Positions 1 through 10,035 of a stretch of DNA of 64,000 nt are shown here, piece after piece. Below the pieces are notes generated by a model. It did no database searches. It was not told the DNA's origin and saw nothing but the letters and a program-made list of their open reading frames with translations. This stretch comes from a virus: positions 2,540 through 66,539 of the IMG/VR virus record IMGVR_UViG_3300005613_003484; one strand, 5' to 3'. A program made the position numbers and the translations under genes. Each line of letters opens with the position of its first letter. The first letter of the stretch is position 1.

Positions 1-584
1 GAAGTATATCCATCATTCAGATCGCCATAAGGATCATTAACAACATAATCTCCTGCAGGGGTTTTACCAATCACAACACACATATGTCCGCCAGTTGGAC
101 GAGAAAGTGTTCCTCTATGGAGAATACCAATTACAACAGGTCTTCCTTCCTCAAGTTCACGATCAAGATCATAAAATGAAAGATGATAATCAAATGAAGA
201 TTTAATTCCATAAGAATTCAGAACTCTTGTCTGAACAAGATGATCTGTGGTATCACCAATAGAGAATACTTTTCGGATATATGCATCATCACCTTTTGCA
301 CCTTTGAGTGTGCCAGGTTTGAAGTATTCAAGACACATTGCACAAGCAGAAGAATTACAAGTTCTTTGAGGATCTCTATAATTATCTGTTTGTGGATAAT
401 AAGGTACTTCTAGAATATTTGATTTTGGTTTATTTGCTGGTGTTCTATAAATTCTTACCCAATTTGCAGAGTCATCCAATAATGGAGAATCTGCGAGATC
501 CACTTCAAATTGCTCTACTGCAGCAACGTGTTTTGGATTCTTTTCGTCGTAATATTTAAAAAAGTTATGTAAATCTATTTTCAT
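1..584 (-). CDS. C39-family peptidase, probable cell-wall/lysis enzyme (3' end beyond window)
   Basis: Manual translation MKIDLHNFFKYYDEKNPKH...LEVPYYPQTDN...RTCNSSACAMCL...GRPVVIGI...GGHMCVVIG...VVNDPYG shows the Q..C / H / D(P) motifs of C39-like peptidases. Confidence 0.8.
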   Translation of the reverse strand, partial: MKIDLHNFFKYYDEKNPKHVAAVEQFEVDLADSPLLDDSANWVRIYRTPANKPKSNILEVPYYPQTDNYRDPQRTCNSSACAMCLEYFKPGTLKGAKGDDAYIRKVFSIGDTTDHLVQTRVLNSYGIKSSFDYHLSFYDLDRELEEGRPVVIGILHRGTLSRPTGGHMCVVIGKTPAGDYVVNDPYGDLNDGYT

Positions 585-586
585 GT

Positions 587-745
587 CTAATACCTAAATT
601 CTTCTAATTTATCTAGCAATTCATTAAGGTGTCTACTTGCTAATGCTTTCAGATCGCTCGTATAATGAGGTTCTTCTTTTAGTTTATGTTTTTGCTTCAA
701 AATTAAAACTTTGATCTCATCTTTTGTGATGTGATTTCTAGACAC
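587..745 (-). CDS. small hypothetical protein (52 aa, GTG start)
   Basis: Manual translation MSRNHITKDEIKVLILKQK...LDKLEEFRY; preceded by a CTAAATA late-promoter box and abuts the peptidase start. Confidence 0.55.
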   Translation of the reverse strand: MSRNHITKDEIKVLILKQKHKLKEEPHYTSDLKALASRHLNELLDKLEEFRY

Positions 746-751
746 AGTAAT

Positions 752-784
752 AAAAAAACTCTACCTTCTATTTAGAGGTAGAGT
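752..784 (-). terminator. Rho-independent terminator after the hli genes, with a late-promoter box CTAAATA in its loop
   Basis: ACTCTACCT-ctaaataga-AGGTAGAGT followed by a T run on the minus strand. Confidence 0.7.
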
Positions 785-804
785 CAAAAAATTTTTTTCT
801 ATAT

Positions 805-930
805 TCAGAAAATTCCAGGGATTAATTGGCCGGTGGTGAGATATGTACCGACAGCAATTACGAAGCCGACCATAGCAAGTCTTCCTTGATTAACTTCGTT
901 TTCTTTAGTCCATCCGAATTTGATTTTCAT
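805..930 (-). CDS. hli: high-light inducible protein (41 aa)
   Basis: MKIKFGWTKENEVNQGRLAMVGFVIAVGTYLTTGQLIPGIF: ExxNGRxAM-like motif and TGQxIPGIF tail typical of phage Hlips. Confidence 0.9.
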   Translation of the reverse strand: MKIKFGWTKENEVNQGRLAMVGFVIAVGTYLTTGQLIPGIF

Positions 931-941
931 TTGTTTTCTCC

Positions 942-1028
942 TCAATAAGTTTTTGATAATTGATTTACAGAATGTGCCAGCAACACAAGAAATGAGATAC
1001 TAGTCACAGTGAAGATAACTTCAGGCAT
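942..1028 (-). CDS. 28-aa hydrophobic peptide between the hli genes
   Basis: MPEVIFTVTSISFLVLLAHSVNQLSKTY; its start overlaps the upstream hli stop (TGATG). Confidence 0.5.
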   Translation of the reverse strand: MPEVIFTVTSISFLVLLAHSVNQLSKTY

Positions 1029-1237
1029 CAGAAGACGCCAAAGAAAAAGTTACCTGATAGCGCATAAGAAATAAAACCTACAACAATTCCAATCATAGCC
1101 CAGCGAGAATTTAATTTTTCTGCTCTTTCGGCATATGTTTCTAAACCATAACGCTCAATGTCTTCTTTTGACATCCACATAGTAGGTTCTTTGGCAAAAA
1201 TATTCATTTGGCCAAATTCATTTTTTGTAACACTCAT
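1028..1237 (-). CDS. hli: high-light inducible protein
   Basis: GQMNIFAKEPxM N-terminus and AEKLNSRWAMIG chlorophyll-binding motif. Confidence 0.9.
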   Translation of the reverse strand: MSVTKNEFGQMNIFAKEPTMWMSKEDIERYGLETYAERAEKLNSRWAMIGIVVGFISYALSGNFFFGVF

Positions 1238-1264
1238 ATTGGTAATGTAAAGAATTACAACAAT

Positions 1265-1293
1265 ATTATATATGATAAAAAGAGATTTGTCAA
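1265..1293 (-). promoter_or_regulatory. sigma70-type promoter for the hli cluster
   Basis: TTGACA-17 nt-TATAAT on the minus strand. Confidence 0.75.
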
Positions 1294-2096
1294 GCCTCTT
1301 GCTTAGATGGTTCAGTAATTCTACCCAAATATGGATTAAAAGATGTGATTTCTTCTACTTTAAATTTTGCTCCCATTTGTTGCCAAAAATTTAAAATTCC
1401 ATTATAACTATTACGATGAAAAATATCAATGTGTTCTGGGTGAATTGACGAACCCAATTCAATTTTATATAAAAAGATGGGAGTTGCATATGTACATCCA
1501 GAGTTATAAATTAAATCATCAGCTACTGGACGAGGTTTTACTCCGTTATCAAGTTTATATTTATTTCCGCGAATGTGATATCTTATCAATTTTTCTGCGT
1601 GATGTCTCGTAATTACATAACATGCAGTCGAAAAATCATTTACGAATCTAGTATGAATTGGAACTACAATATCACCAGTACAAATAATTGCAAGTTGAAT
1701 TACATCCCAACAATAAGGAACACGAGCGATAAAATCTACCCAAGTAAAGTTCCAATAATGAGCTGTGCCCATGTCGCAATCATCTTCCATAATAATTGCA
1801 TAAGGACTGTCAGAAGTATGATACCAATGATTAATTGCTTTTAAGTGAGATGTTACACATCCAATTTCACCAGAAGTCATCATATCTGGATATTTTCCTT
1901 TTATGATATCGCTTAAATCATCTTCTCTACCATCATATGCAGAAATGCGAGTATAGTTTTCAATCTCCCAATACTCAAATTGTTCCTTCATATACTGCCA
2001 TCTTTCGGGTTGACCGTCCAGATTTATGCAGTACACTGGTCCAAAGTTTTTTAATTTATAAATTGACTTATTCTTGTCTCTCATATTCTTATCCAT
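1290..2096 (-). CDS. glycosyltransferase family 25
   Basis: YCINLD...ERW, RISAYDG, GEIGCVTSH, IIMEDD motifs. Confidence 0.85.
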   Translation of the reverse strand: MDKNMRDKNKSIYKLKNFGPVYCINLDGQPERWQYMKEQFEYWEIENYTRISAYDGREDDLSDIIKGKYPDMMTSGEIGCVTSHLKAINHWYHTSDSPYAIIMEDDCDMGTAHYWNFTWVDFIARVPYCWDVIQLAIICTGDIVVPIHTRFVNDFSTACYVITRHHAEKLIRYHIRGNKYKLDNGVKPRPVADDLIYNSGCTYATPIFLYKIELGSSIHPEHIDIFHRNSYNGILNFWQQMGAKFKVEEITSFNPYLGRITEPSKQEA

Positions 2097-2887
2097 CTTT
2101 CTGGTATTAAATCATTAGTATTTTTATCATCATTTCCCTCTCCAAACCATTGAATTGGGGCAATGACTTTATTAGAATTAGATAACCATGCCCCCCACCA
2201 AGAAAAAGAAGAATTTGCAATAATGTGATACTTACACAATGTCATAAGACATAAATCAACATATTGGTCTTTTGATTCCGATATCATAAATCTATCCGAA
2301 TCAAAAATCTGTTGCTTCTTGCACCAACTAATATCATCAGAAAAAATAATAACGGGAATATCCGAATCGAAACATTCGAGTGCTTTAATATAATAATCCA
2401 AATCTAAAGTTGTGTGATTTGGATTTTTAAGGTAATCAGTTCTCCTAACATGTAAACTAATAACATCACGAATAGATCCCACCATCTCTTTGCAGGGTTC
2501 TAGAATCTCATTCTTAAAAGAAAAGTCCTCTCGAATTTCATCTTCAATATGGTTAAAATATTTTTCTGATTGAAAAAATCCAGCAAGAGTAATTTCATCT
2601 GGGCACATATTAAACAAAGTTTGGTCAAAATGAAAATGTTTCTCTTGTGCTACAGGAGCATACCCTCTGTCAAGAAGTTTAATATTATGCGGAAGAGTGT
2701 AGGTCATTTTGAATGGGTAGAATAATTCTATCTTCAAATCAAATCCATAAGGATCCTTAATTACTTGATTGTGATTCGGAATACAAAAATCATAACCGCG
2801 ATTTTTTGCAATACCCCTCAATGAAGCATATTGGAACATTTGATTTCCAAGTCTCCCCAATTGCCCCAAATGATTAAACGCTAACAT
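2081..2887 (-). CDS. alpha-1,2-fucosyltransferase-like (GT11)
   Basis: GRLGNQMFQYA, SLHVRRTDY, FSDD, IIANSSFSWWGAWL. Confidence 0.9.
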   Translation of the reverse strand: MLAFNHLGQLGRLGNQMFQYASLRGIAKNRGYDFCIPNHNQVIKDPYGFDLKIELFYPFKMTYTLPHNIKLLDRGYAPVAQEKHFHFDQTLFNMCPDEITLAGFFQSEKYFNHIEDEIREDFSFKNEILEPCKEMVGSIRDVISLHVRRTDYLKNPNHTTLDLDYYIKALECFDSDIPVIIFSDDISWCKKQQIFDSDRFMISESKDQYVDLCLMTLCKYHIIANSSFSWWGAWLSNSNKVIAPIQWFGEGNDDKNTNDLIPERWIRI

Positions 2888-3701
2888 TCAATTGACTCCT
2901 TCTCTCCTTAACATAATTCTGAGATTCATAATAACTCATTATAGCATCTTTATCCCAAGTGCGAATAGTTTGCCAAAGATTATGGTTATCCATAAACTTT
3001 GGATTATGATAATGTGAGTTAAAAGTGCGAGAATGGTCAAAGTGATAGACCACATCATTAACTCTACCTACATGATAACCCAATGCTTGAAGACGATAAT
3101 AATACTCACAGTCTTCTGCACCCCAAGAAATAAAGTTTTCGTTCCACATATAAGAATCAATATAAACTTGACGCTTAATCATTTGTCCCCATCCCATTAC
3201 AGATGGTTGCAATCTACAATTTGGTTGTAAAAGATTCAAATCAAACTTTGATTGAACAAAAGCATCAAAGAGTGGAATGGGATAATCAACTGCCCATTGA
3301 TAAACACCACAACCATATGGATAGACAACATCAAATCCACCCTGCACAATCATATTATATGCAGTTATATAACTTGATACTGGATAAACAACATCCACAT
3401 CATAATTATAAACAACTTCTGTTTTCGATGCTAGAAGAAGATCATTTAAGATACGAGTCTTATAAAAGAATTGATCGTTTGATTGCTCAAAGATATGATG
3501 CAGATTCGTTGGGGTATTCCCAAATATTTTTTGAATGACTGGAAGCGCCTTTTCACCAAAGACCGAATGAGTATCATTTTCTTTGATAATAATTGTAGAC
3601 TGTGGAAAATGATGAGTGATATAACCAATCGATGTAATCACATTTTTGAGTCTGTCTTCACTCTCAATCCGACAAGGCATTAAGAATGTAAGATTATTCA
3701 T
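2874..3701 (-). CDS. glycosyltransferase (GT2/GT7 galactosyltransferase-like)
   Basis: YDVD (DxD) and WNENFISWGAED motifs; start taken at MNNLTF, which overlaps the upstream stop (ATGA). Confidence 0.8.
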   Translation of the reverse strand: MNNLTFLMPCRIESEDRLKNVITSIGYITHHFPQSTIIIKENDTHSVFGEKALPVIQKIFGNTPTNLHHIFEQSNDQFFYKTRILNDLLLASKTEVVYNYDVDVVYPVSSYITAYNMIVQGGFDVVYPYGCGVYQWAVDYPIPLFDAFVQSKFDLNLLQPNCRLQPSVMGWGQMIKRQVYIDSYMWNENFISWGAEDCEYYYRLQALGYHVGRVNDVVYHFDHSRTFNSHYHNPKFMDNHNLWQTIRTWDKDAIMSYYESQNYVKERRSQLNVSV

Positions 3702-4546
3702 ACTCCAACTCCAAACCAATCTTGTGGGCACAGGTCATCCATAATGTAATGATCGTAATAACTACCAAACCACCGTGTAGGATAAATGATTGCTTGTGTT
3801 TTATTTTTCATCAACCAAGCACCCCACCAACTCATTGTGCTATTGGCAATAATTCCTCCAGTGCAAAGAGTCATCATACACAAATCAAAATAAGGAATCA
3901 ATGCTTGCTGTCTTCCTTGAAGAGTATCACAAGTTTGAGGATATCTCTCATCAAATTCAGAAAGCATGAACCTATCGCTATCAAAAAATGATTGCTCTCT
4001 ACACCACCCAATATCATCGGAAAAAACAATAACACATCTATCTTCAGGGAAATGCGTCAGTGCTTCTTCATAGTATTCAATAGGACACATTGGATGAGCA
4101 CTTGGATTGACGGCATAATCACCCCTACGCAAGTGCATAAAGATAGGATTATCAAGTTGATCTATAACTTCTTTGCAGGGTTCTAGAATCTCATCCTTGA
4201 AAGCAAAGTCCTCACGAATGATATCTTTCACATTATCAAAATATTTCTCTGTTGTAAAATAGTCGTGAAGATTTACATTGTCTGGACAAGTATTAAAAAA
4301 GTCTTCAGAAAAGTGAAACTGATTTGAAGAAATGCTTTGAGCGTTCAAATATCCAAAGTTTTCTTCCTTGACCGAAGACATTTTAAAGCAATCAAATAGA
4401 CCATAATTTGAATCCCCGTAACTATCTGGAGGAGGAATTAACCAATCAAATCCACGATTTGTAGCAATTCCACGAAGAGCTGCATATTGAAACATTTGAT
4501 TTCCCAAACGCCCATTTGATCCTAGGTGATTATAACTTATCGTCAT
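3698..4546 (-). CDS. alpha-1,2-fucosyltransferase-like (GT11)
   Basis: GRLGNQMFQYA, MHLRRGDY, FSDD, IIANSTMSWWGAWL. Confidence 0.9.
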   Translation of the reverse strand: MTISYNHLGSNGRLGNQMFQYAALRGIATNRGFDWLIPPPDSYGDSNYGLFDCFKMSSVKEENFGYLNAQSISSNQFHFSEDFFNTCPDNVNLHDYFTTEKYFDNVKDIIREDFAFKDEILEPCKEVIDQLDNPIFMHLRRGDYAVNPSAHPMCPIEYYEEALTHFPEDRCVIVFSDDIGWCREQSFFDSDRFMLSEFDERYPQTCDTLQGRQQALIPYFDLCMMTLCTGGIIANSTMSWWGAWLMKNKTQAIIYPTRWFGSYYDHYIMDDLCPQDWFGVGV

Positions 4547-5358
4547 TATTTTTCCAAGTAAGTTTTATAAATGTAATCTTCATTGATAAGGAAGTTCTCA
4601 ACAATTTCTAGATTTTCTTTTACCGCATCAAGTTTATCATAATATAGTTCCTCTGTCAACTGAGAAAGATCAAAGTCATCAGTGAGTATGAGGATGCCTT
4701 TTGGATTGAAAAACTTTCCAATATCGGGAGAACCATAATAAATTGGAATGGTTCCAGTAGCAAAACAATCTTGAATCTTTTCTGTAAAATAAGATTCATA
4801 AGAAGCATTTTCGATGGCCACAGAAAACATATAATCTACTAGACCTTCTTCCTTAGATTCAATTTCATTGAATCCCCTACCATAAAAATCGACTTTACCT
4901 TGAAGTTTTTGTGCCCAAGACAGACGATGCTTATGTCCCTCACACATTACCTTGTTAGAGCAAATCATGGAGACTAATTTAGTTTTATCATAAAGTTTTG
5001 GTTCAGCAATCCAACTTCCATACAAAGGAGAGAACTTAAACTTAGAATGCAATTTAAGTAAATCTTTATGATGTGTAAAAATTGCATCATAAACTCGAAC
5101 ATAATGGAGGTAATTTCTCTTCACATCTTCTAATACATCTGGACAAATATTTGCAGATTCTAATAGCCAGGCATATTTCTTTTTGCTGTGCGTGTCATCA
5201 AAAGCGAGACCAATATATCTGTCCACATAAAAAGTCTCTTCTGCTCCAGAATCAACCCACTTTATGAACTTTGATTCTTGCTTATGAATGGAGGAGGCTT
5301 TATTTCCGTTGTCATAGTTATTGAATCCACCTCCAACTAAGTTATACTGTTTTTTCAT
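4546..5358 (-). CDS. glycosyltransferase family 10 (alpha-1,3-fucosyltransferase-like)
   Basis: YMFSVAIEN...YFTEKIQDCFATGTIPIYYG motif. Confidence 0.85.
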   Translation of the reverse strand: MKKQYNLVGGGFNNYDNGNKASSIHKQESKFIKWVDSGAEETFYVDRYIGLAFDDTHSKKKYAWLLESANICPDVLEDVKRNYLHYVRVYDAIFTHHKDLLKLHSKFKFSPLYGSWIAEPKLYDKTKLVSMICSNKVMCEGHKHRLSWAQKLQGKVDFYGRGFNEIESKEEGLVDYMFSVAIENASYESYFTEKIQDCFATGTIPIYYGSPDIGKFFNPKGILILTDDFDLSQLTEELYYDKLDAVKENLEIVENFLINEDYIYKTYLEK

Positions 5359-5359
5359 T

Positions 5360-6247
5360 TCAAATCATATCAAGTATTGTTTTTTTCAAATTATCTAAAC
5401 TAGAAAATTTTTCGAATACAAACTCGGAGTCAAATATCATTTGATAAGGATGGCAGTCTGTTGCTTTTTCTCCAAAGCATAGAAATTTTTTGTTTTTATC
5501 AAATATATTTTCTATTACTGCATTAGTAAAAATAAAAGGTCCAGAATATCTTCCGATCATAATATTACAAAATTTAGATAAGTATGAAATCTCATACAAA
5601 TCCTGACCTTGATTTTTAATAATATCTCCAGTATATTTTATATTTTCTTTGCGAAGTTCTATATTATGCGTGGTTATAAAGCAAATGTCCGAATAAATGC
5701 TAGAAACTTCGTCTATTATTTCTGCCAAATCTCCATTATAATTACATTGACCAGTTAAAGATGGACCATTACAAAATAAAACTTTTTTTCTTTTTTCTGT
5801 CTCCAAGAAACAATCTATTGATGCAATATTATAATGAGAATAGTCAATTTTACAACCCAAGTAATATTCAATTGGTTTTAGTTGTAAATTCGAGTTCAAC
5901 TGTTGAGACAAAAAATTAAATATTTCTGGATATACCAATGAATATAAAGTCTTCAGAGTACATTCACAATATCCAGGAGTGACTAAACTTGCATATTTTC
6001 CTATCCAGGTGTTTATGTAGATAGTGTCATCAATAACAAAATTATGTGCGTGTTCATTATTCCATTGGACTTTTGGCATCTGATCCATAGGAATATATTC
6101 TAAACTCAAATCTTTTAATAGATATTCCCCCCAATAATGAGAATAATAAAACTCAGCTTCAATAAATTTCATAATGTGCTGAACAAAAGCCCTAGAGAGA
6201 AAAATATCTCCTTTGTGGGCATAATTAAAAAATACAATCTTTTTCAT
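5360..6247 (-). CDS. hypothetical protein, possible GT-B fold glycan-modifying enzyme
   Basis: 295-aa ORF in the glycan island; HKGDIFL N-terminus and IGRYSGP resemble GT9-like motifs. Confidence 0.5.
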   Translation of the reverse strand: MKKIVFFNYAHKGDIFLSRAFVQHIMKFIEAEFYYSHYWGEYLLKDLSLEYIPMDQMPKVQWNNEHAHNFVIDDTIYINTWIGKYASLVTPGYCECTLKTLYSLVYPEIFNFLSQQLNSNLQLKPIEYYLGCKIDYSHYNIASIDCFLETEKRKKVLFCNGPSLTGQCNYNGDLAEIIDEVSSIYSDICFITTHNIELRKENIKYTGDIIKNQGQDLYEISYLSKFCNIMIGRYSGPFIFTNAVIENIFDKNKKFLCFGEKATDCHPYQMIFDSEFVFEKFSSLDNLKKTILDMI

Positions 6248-7189
6248 TTAATTTAGGACAATTTTTTTCATAAGTTCAACTATATATTCCTTGGAAAATA
6301 TACTAGAGTCAGTATTAATAACATAGTTTTGATTTAAGTATTCTAAAAACAAATCATTATCATTATCAATCTTAATGATTTCTTCCATCATCAAATCAAA
6401 ATCATTGTAGTCATAATAATTTATAAAACATTTTGTATTCAAGTCTTTGTGTATATTTTTGTTCCCCCAATAGATTGGAATAGTATTTGACAACAAAGAT
6501 TCATATATTTTTTCGCTAATAAGTCCAGATTCGGATACATAGGTGATGTCATTTGGAGACTTCACGCACCCATGCGAGTTCTCAAAACAAATATTAAACT
6601 TATAATTAGAAATACATTGAACCTTGAATAATGAGTTTTCATATTTCAATACATTTCCCATTGGTATTTGTTGACTATTGTTCAAGTACGACCCATGGGA
6701 ATTAATATATTTGTATTTGCTTAGTTTATCGAAAAAATACTTTCTAGGACAAGATGGATATCCATTTCCTCTAGAAACAAAAGAACAGAAGTTTTGAGGG
6801 ATATTATTTATTTTTTGCCTAGGAAGTAGTAAAAACTCATAATCATTTATATATCCATTTTTGTAGTATTCATAATTATAAAGAAGAATTAGAGGAACTC
6901 TATCAAAGAAAGAATCATCAAAATCAAAAAAAGTTAAAGATTTGTATATTAGACTTCTATCAATATTCCCAGACCAAGACAAAAACGGCTCTCCGGTATA
7001 ATATATTATTTTAGAGTTTTTGTATTTTTGTATTTGTGGATCTAGATCATTATCTGTCAATACAATGTCTGGGTCTTCCACATCAAATGTTAAATCAAAA
7101 CACTGAGATAGTGCCCATGTAAATAAATTGTCTGTTGGATTAAACCAACTAAAATTACAAAAATATCTTATTTTTTTCATTAATGTCAA
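6248..7189 (-). CDS. glycosyltransferase family 10 (alpha-1,3-fucosyltransferase-like)
   Basis: YYTGEP, FCSFV, YKFNICFENS...SEKI...TIPIYWG motifs. Confidence 0.85.
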   Translation of the reverse strand: MTLMKKIRYFCNFSWFNPTDNLFTWALSQCFDLTFDVEDPDIVLTDNDLDPQIQKYKNSKIIYYTGEPFLSWSGNIDRSLIYKSLTFFDFDDSFFDRVPLILLYNYEYYKNGYINDYEFLLLPRQKINNIPQNFCSFVSRGNGYPSCPRKYFFDKLSKYKYINSHGSYLNNSQQIPMGNVLKYENSLFKVQCISNYKFNICFENSHGCVKSPNDITYVSESGLISEKIYESLLSNTIPIYWGNKNIHKDLNTKCFINYYDYNDFDLMMEEIIKIDNDNDLFLEYLNQNYVINTDSSIFSKEYIVELMKKIVLN

Positions 7190-7827
7190 AAAATTTTATT
7201 TTCAACTACAGAATCTTTCCCCTCATGAAAAATAATTTTTGGTACACTAGCATACCCAACACAGTCGGTATTCCTAAAAGTAAGCTGTAAGTTTGCATCT
7301 GCCGTCCAAGTGACAGGATTGTTTCTTTCATATAAAATTTTTGCATATTCTTTCTTAACTGCAAATCCAATTGTAGAATCTGGATAAAAGTATCCATTTT
7401 TATCTATTTTTATCAAGTTAGAACTGTAATTTGGTGAGGGACTCATATCTTGATGTCCATAGCCAAGATAAAATAATTGCCAATCTTCTGGAAGTTGATC
7501 AAATACTTTATCCATCATTTTTAGACTTTTATCATCTATACATGCATCGTCTTCTAGAATTAAACAACTTTTAACATCATTGTCAATTATATACCGATAA
7601 ATCATATTAAAGCTTTCGGAACATCCTATTTGTCCAGGGTATCTGAGTTGACATCCATTATCATAATAAGATTGTATATCAAGATCTTCATAACTAACGC
7701 CATAAAAGAATGAATAATCTATTCCGTTTAATCTCAATTTTATTCTCTCTTGTCTTTCTTTTGAAAATTCGTGGTTCGTTGTCAAAACCAAAACTTGTTC
7801 AAAGTATTTGTTAAATAAATGTTTCAT
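7186..7827 (-). CDS. glycosyltransferase family 25
   Basis: GQIGCSES, LILEDD, LPEDWQLFYLG. Confidence 0.8.
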   Translation of the reverse strand: MKHLFNKYFEQVLVLTTNHEFSKERQERIKLRLNGIDYSFFYGVSYEDLDIQSYYDNGCQLRYPGQIGCSESFNMIYRYIIDNDVKSCLILEDDACIDDKSLKMMDKVFDQLPEDWQLFYLGYGHQDMSPSPNYSSNLIKIDKNGYFYPDSTIGFAVKKEYAKILYERNNPVTWTADANLQLTFRNTDCVGYASVPKIIFHEGKDSVVENKIF

Positions 7828-8520
7828 TTAAAAAATTCCTATTACACCATTTAATCCTTTAGAATGAATTGATTCTGGATAATTTCTAACATAGTTATGC
7901 CTATAGATTTTTGGTTTATCCATTCTATATGAGTTAACCATATCCAAAAATCCAGTTTGCATCATATGAATTTCTTCGGCATTTTCAAGTAGTTTAATAT
8001 AATCAAACATCTTAAATTGAAAATCATTACGAATTACTTTATATTCATCCGTAACTTTAGTCATATCAATATTATATCCTCTCTTTGGGTCATCCAATAC
8101 AAAGATATATTTTTCACCATCAGGATTTAGAGTTTTACAAACTTCTTCTTCTTTTTCCAAATCTCTTTCAAAATAAAACTCATCAAATCTAACTTGGAAA
8201 TCAAGACCTGCAAGATGATAGAACGCTTCATCAAAGGTCATTCTATCTAAACAACTATCCAAATTTTGGAATCCAGGCTTAATTAAATTATTTTTGACTG
8301 TCTTATTACTTTCAACAAATCTTACAGCATCCTCTTCAATATCGAAGTTGAAAATTTCTAGATTATCTAAATCACGATACATATAACTCACATTGTCATA
8401 GTAATGTGTATAACAAAAGAGAACTATATTATCGTATTTTTTACAAAAATGACGCACCATACCATTACAAATAATATGGTCGCCAAGTCCTAGATGGTGA
8501 TGAATATACTTGAGTGACAT
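7828..8520 (-). CDS. hypothetical protein, putative glycosyltransferase
   Basis: HHHLGLGDHII N-terminal motif; lies in the glycan operon. Confidence 0.55.
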   Translation of the reverse strand: MSLKYIHHHLGLGDHIICNGMVRHFCKKYDNIVLFCYTHYYDNVSYMYRDLDNLEIFNFDIEEDAVRFVESNKTVKNNLIKPGFQNLDSCLDRMTFDEAFYHLAGLDFQVRFDEFYFERDLEKEEEVCKTLNPDGEKYIFVLDDPKRGYNIDMTKVTDEYKVIRNDFQFKMFDYIKLLENAEEIHMMQTGFLDMVNSYRMDKPKIYRHNYVRNYPESIHSKGLNGVIGIF

Positions 8521-8521
8521 A

Positions 8522-8866
8522 TCACTTAACTCCCTTATAAAGTTTTACAGAATCCTCACGAAGTGTTCTTCCAGTTGCAATGGCATTATCCACAAGAAGA
8601 TTAACTGCCTGCACTAGACGAGGACGCTTGACCTTAAAGCAGATATCAATTTTACGCTTCAACTCAGCAACCTCTGTATCAGTCTTTGCCTCTTGAATTG
8701 CATCTTCCAACATCCACATACGAGTGTGGAGGATAGAAAGTTTTTCAATTACTTCACCAAGATTATCAGTCTCAATGTATTCAACATCAGGAAGTTCTCT
8801 ACGAGAAAGAACTTCATCAATAGTCTCTTTAATACATTGGTCAATTAAATCGCCAAACTTACTCAT
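8522..8866 (-). CDS. DUF4254-like helical protein
   Basis: GEVIEKLSILHTRMWMLED...ELKRKID...R..LV pattern seen in proteins of LPS loci. Confidence 0.55.
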   Translation of the reverse strand: MSKFGDLIDQCIKETIDEVLSRRELPDVEYIETDNLGEVIEKLSILHTRMWMLEDAIQEAKTDTEVAELKRKIDICFKVKRPRLVQAVNLLVDNAIATGRTLREDSVKLYKGVK

Positions 8867-10035
8867 AACTCTCCTAAGATTTTTTCCAAAAGATTCATAT
8901 CTTTGTTAGAAACAAACTGATTGTTTCCAATGTAGACTCCATTCTCGTGAAGAATATCTACATTTAAGTTTTCTGTTTTACCACCGATTGAGTATCCTTT
9001 GAGATAAGGTTGCCTTAAAAGATTTCCACCAACCACTGGTCTATATTCAATTTTATATTTGTTTAGTAAAGAAATTAATCTTGTTTTAATCTCTTTAGTT
9101 TTACAAATGAAAGGAAAACAGAAGCAACTATTACCTTCATTATACACTATTGGATAGAAATTGTCTCTATTTTTTTGAGAGGACATAATTTCTACAAATC
9201 TAAAATATGACTTATCTCTATTGCCAATAAACTTATCAAGCCTCTTTAGTTGAGATAATCCTAATACAGCTCCAAACTCAGTATTCCTAAAGTTATATCC
9301 ATCACTTACAAATAGAAATGACTTTTCTATTTCTGGATTTTTATTCTTATAGTATTTGAATTGGTCTGAGACTCTTGCCAGTCCGTGTGACCTTTTCATT
9401 TTCATCAAATCATATAGTTCCCAACTATCAGTAGAAATCATTCCACCTTCTACAGTAGACATATGATGCCCAAAATAAAAACTAAATGTTGCACCAAGAC
9501 TAGTTTTACCTATCTTATTTCCATTCTTATCAAGACATCCGTGAGACTCACAAACATCATCAATAAACAATGCATTTGGAAGTATTTTTTTATATTCTTC
9601 AACTTCTGCTGGAATTCCAAGTAGATGAGTTACAAATACTAATTTAATATCTGGATGTAACTCAGATATAGTTTTAAGATTGTCTAAATCAAAACTATAA
9701 TTTTCAAGATTTACGTCACAAAAAATAGGAGTAAGACCTAGTTGAATAATTGGATTGATGTTTGTAACCCAAGTGCAAGATGGAACTAAAACTTTGTCAC
9801 CTTTTTGGAGACCATACTTTTCTATGATTGCAGAGACTAATAAAAAATTTGCAGTGCTTCCAGAAGTTACAAATAAAGAATATCTACAACCCAACCACTT
9901 TGACCACTCTTTCTCAAATTGCTCAACATTTTTACCCTGAGTAAACTTGTCGGAAGTTAAAACAAATTTAGCAAGTTGAAATCTATCCCATAAAGAGATA
10001 GAGTTTTTCATAAGTGGCCACTTATAGTCTGACAT
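8863..10035 (-). CDS. DegT/DnrJ-family PLP enzyme, ColD-like GDP-4-keto-6-deoxymannose 3-dehydratase
   Basis: SGSTAN, DVCESHG, FSFYFGHHMSTVEGG with His at the usual Schiff-base Lys position; directly after gmd and fcl. Confidence 0.8.
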   Translation of the reverse strand: MSDYKWPLMKNSISLWDRFQLAKFVLTSDKFTQGKNVEQFEKEWSKWLGCRYSLFVTSGSTANFLLVSAIIEKYGLQKGDKVLVPSCTWVTNINPIIQLGLTPIFCDVNLENYSFDLDNLKTISELHPDIKLVFVTHLLGIPAEVEEYKKILPNALFIDDVCESHGCLDKNGNKIGKTSLGATFSFYFGHHMSTVEGGMISTDSWELYDLMKMKRSHGLARVSDQFKYYKNKNPEIEKSFLFVSDGYNFRNTEFGAVLGLSQLKRLDKFIGNRDKSYFRFVEIMSSQKNRDNFYPIVYNEGNSCFCFPFICKTKEIKTRLISLLNKYKIEYRPVVGGNLLRQPYLKGYSIGGKTENLNVDILHENGVYIGNNQFVSNKDMNLLEKILGEL

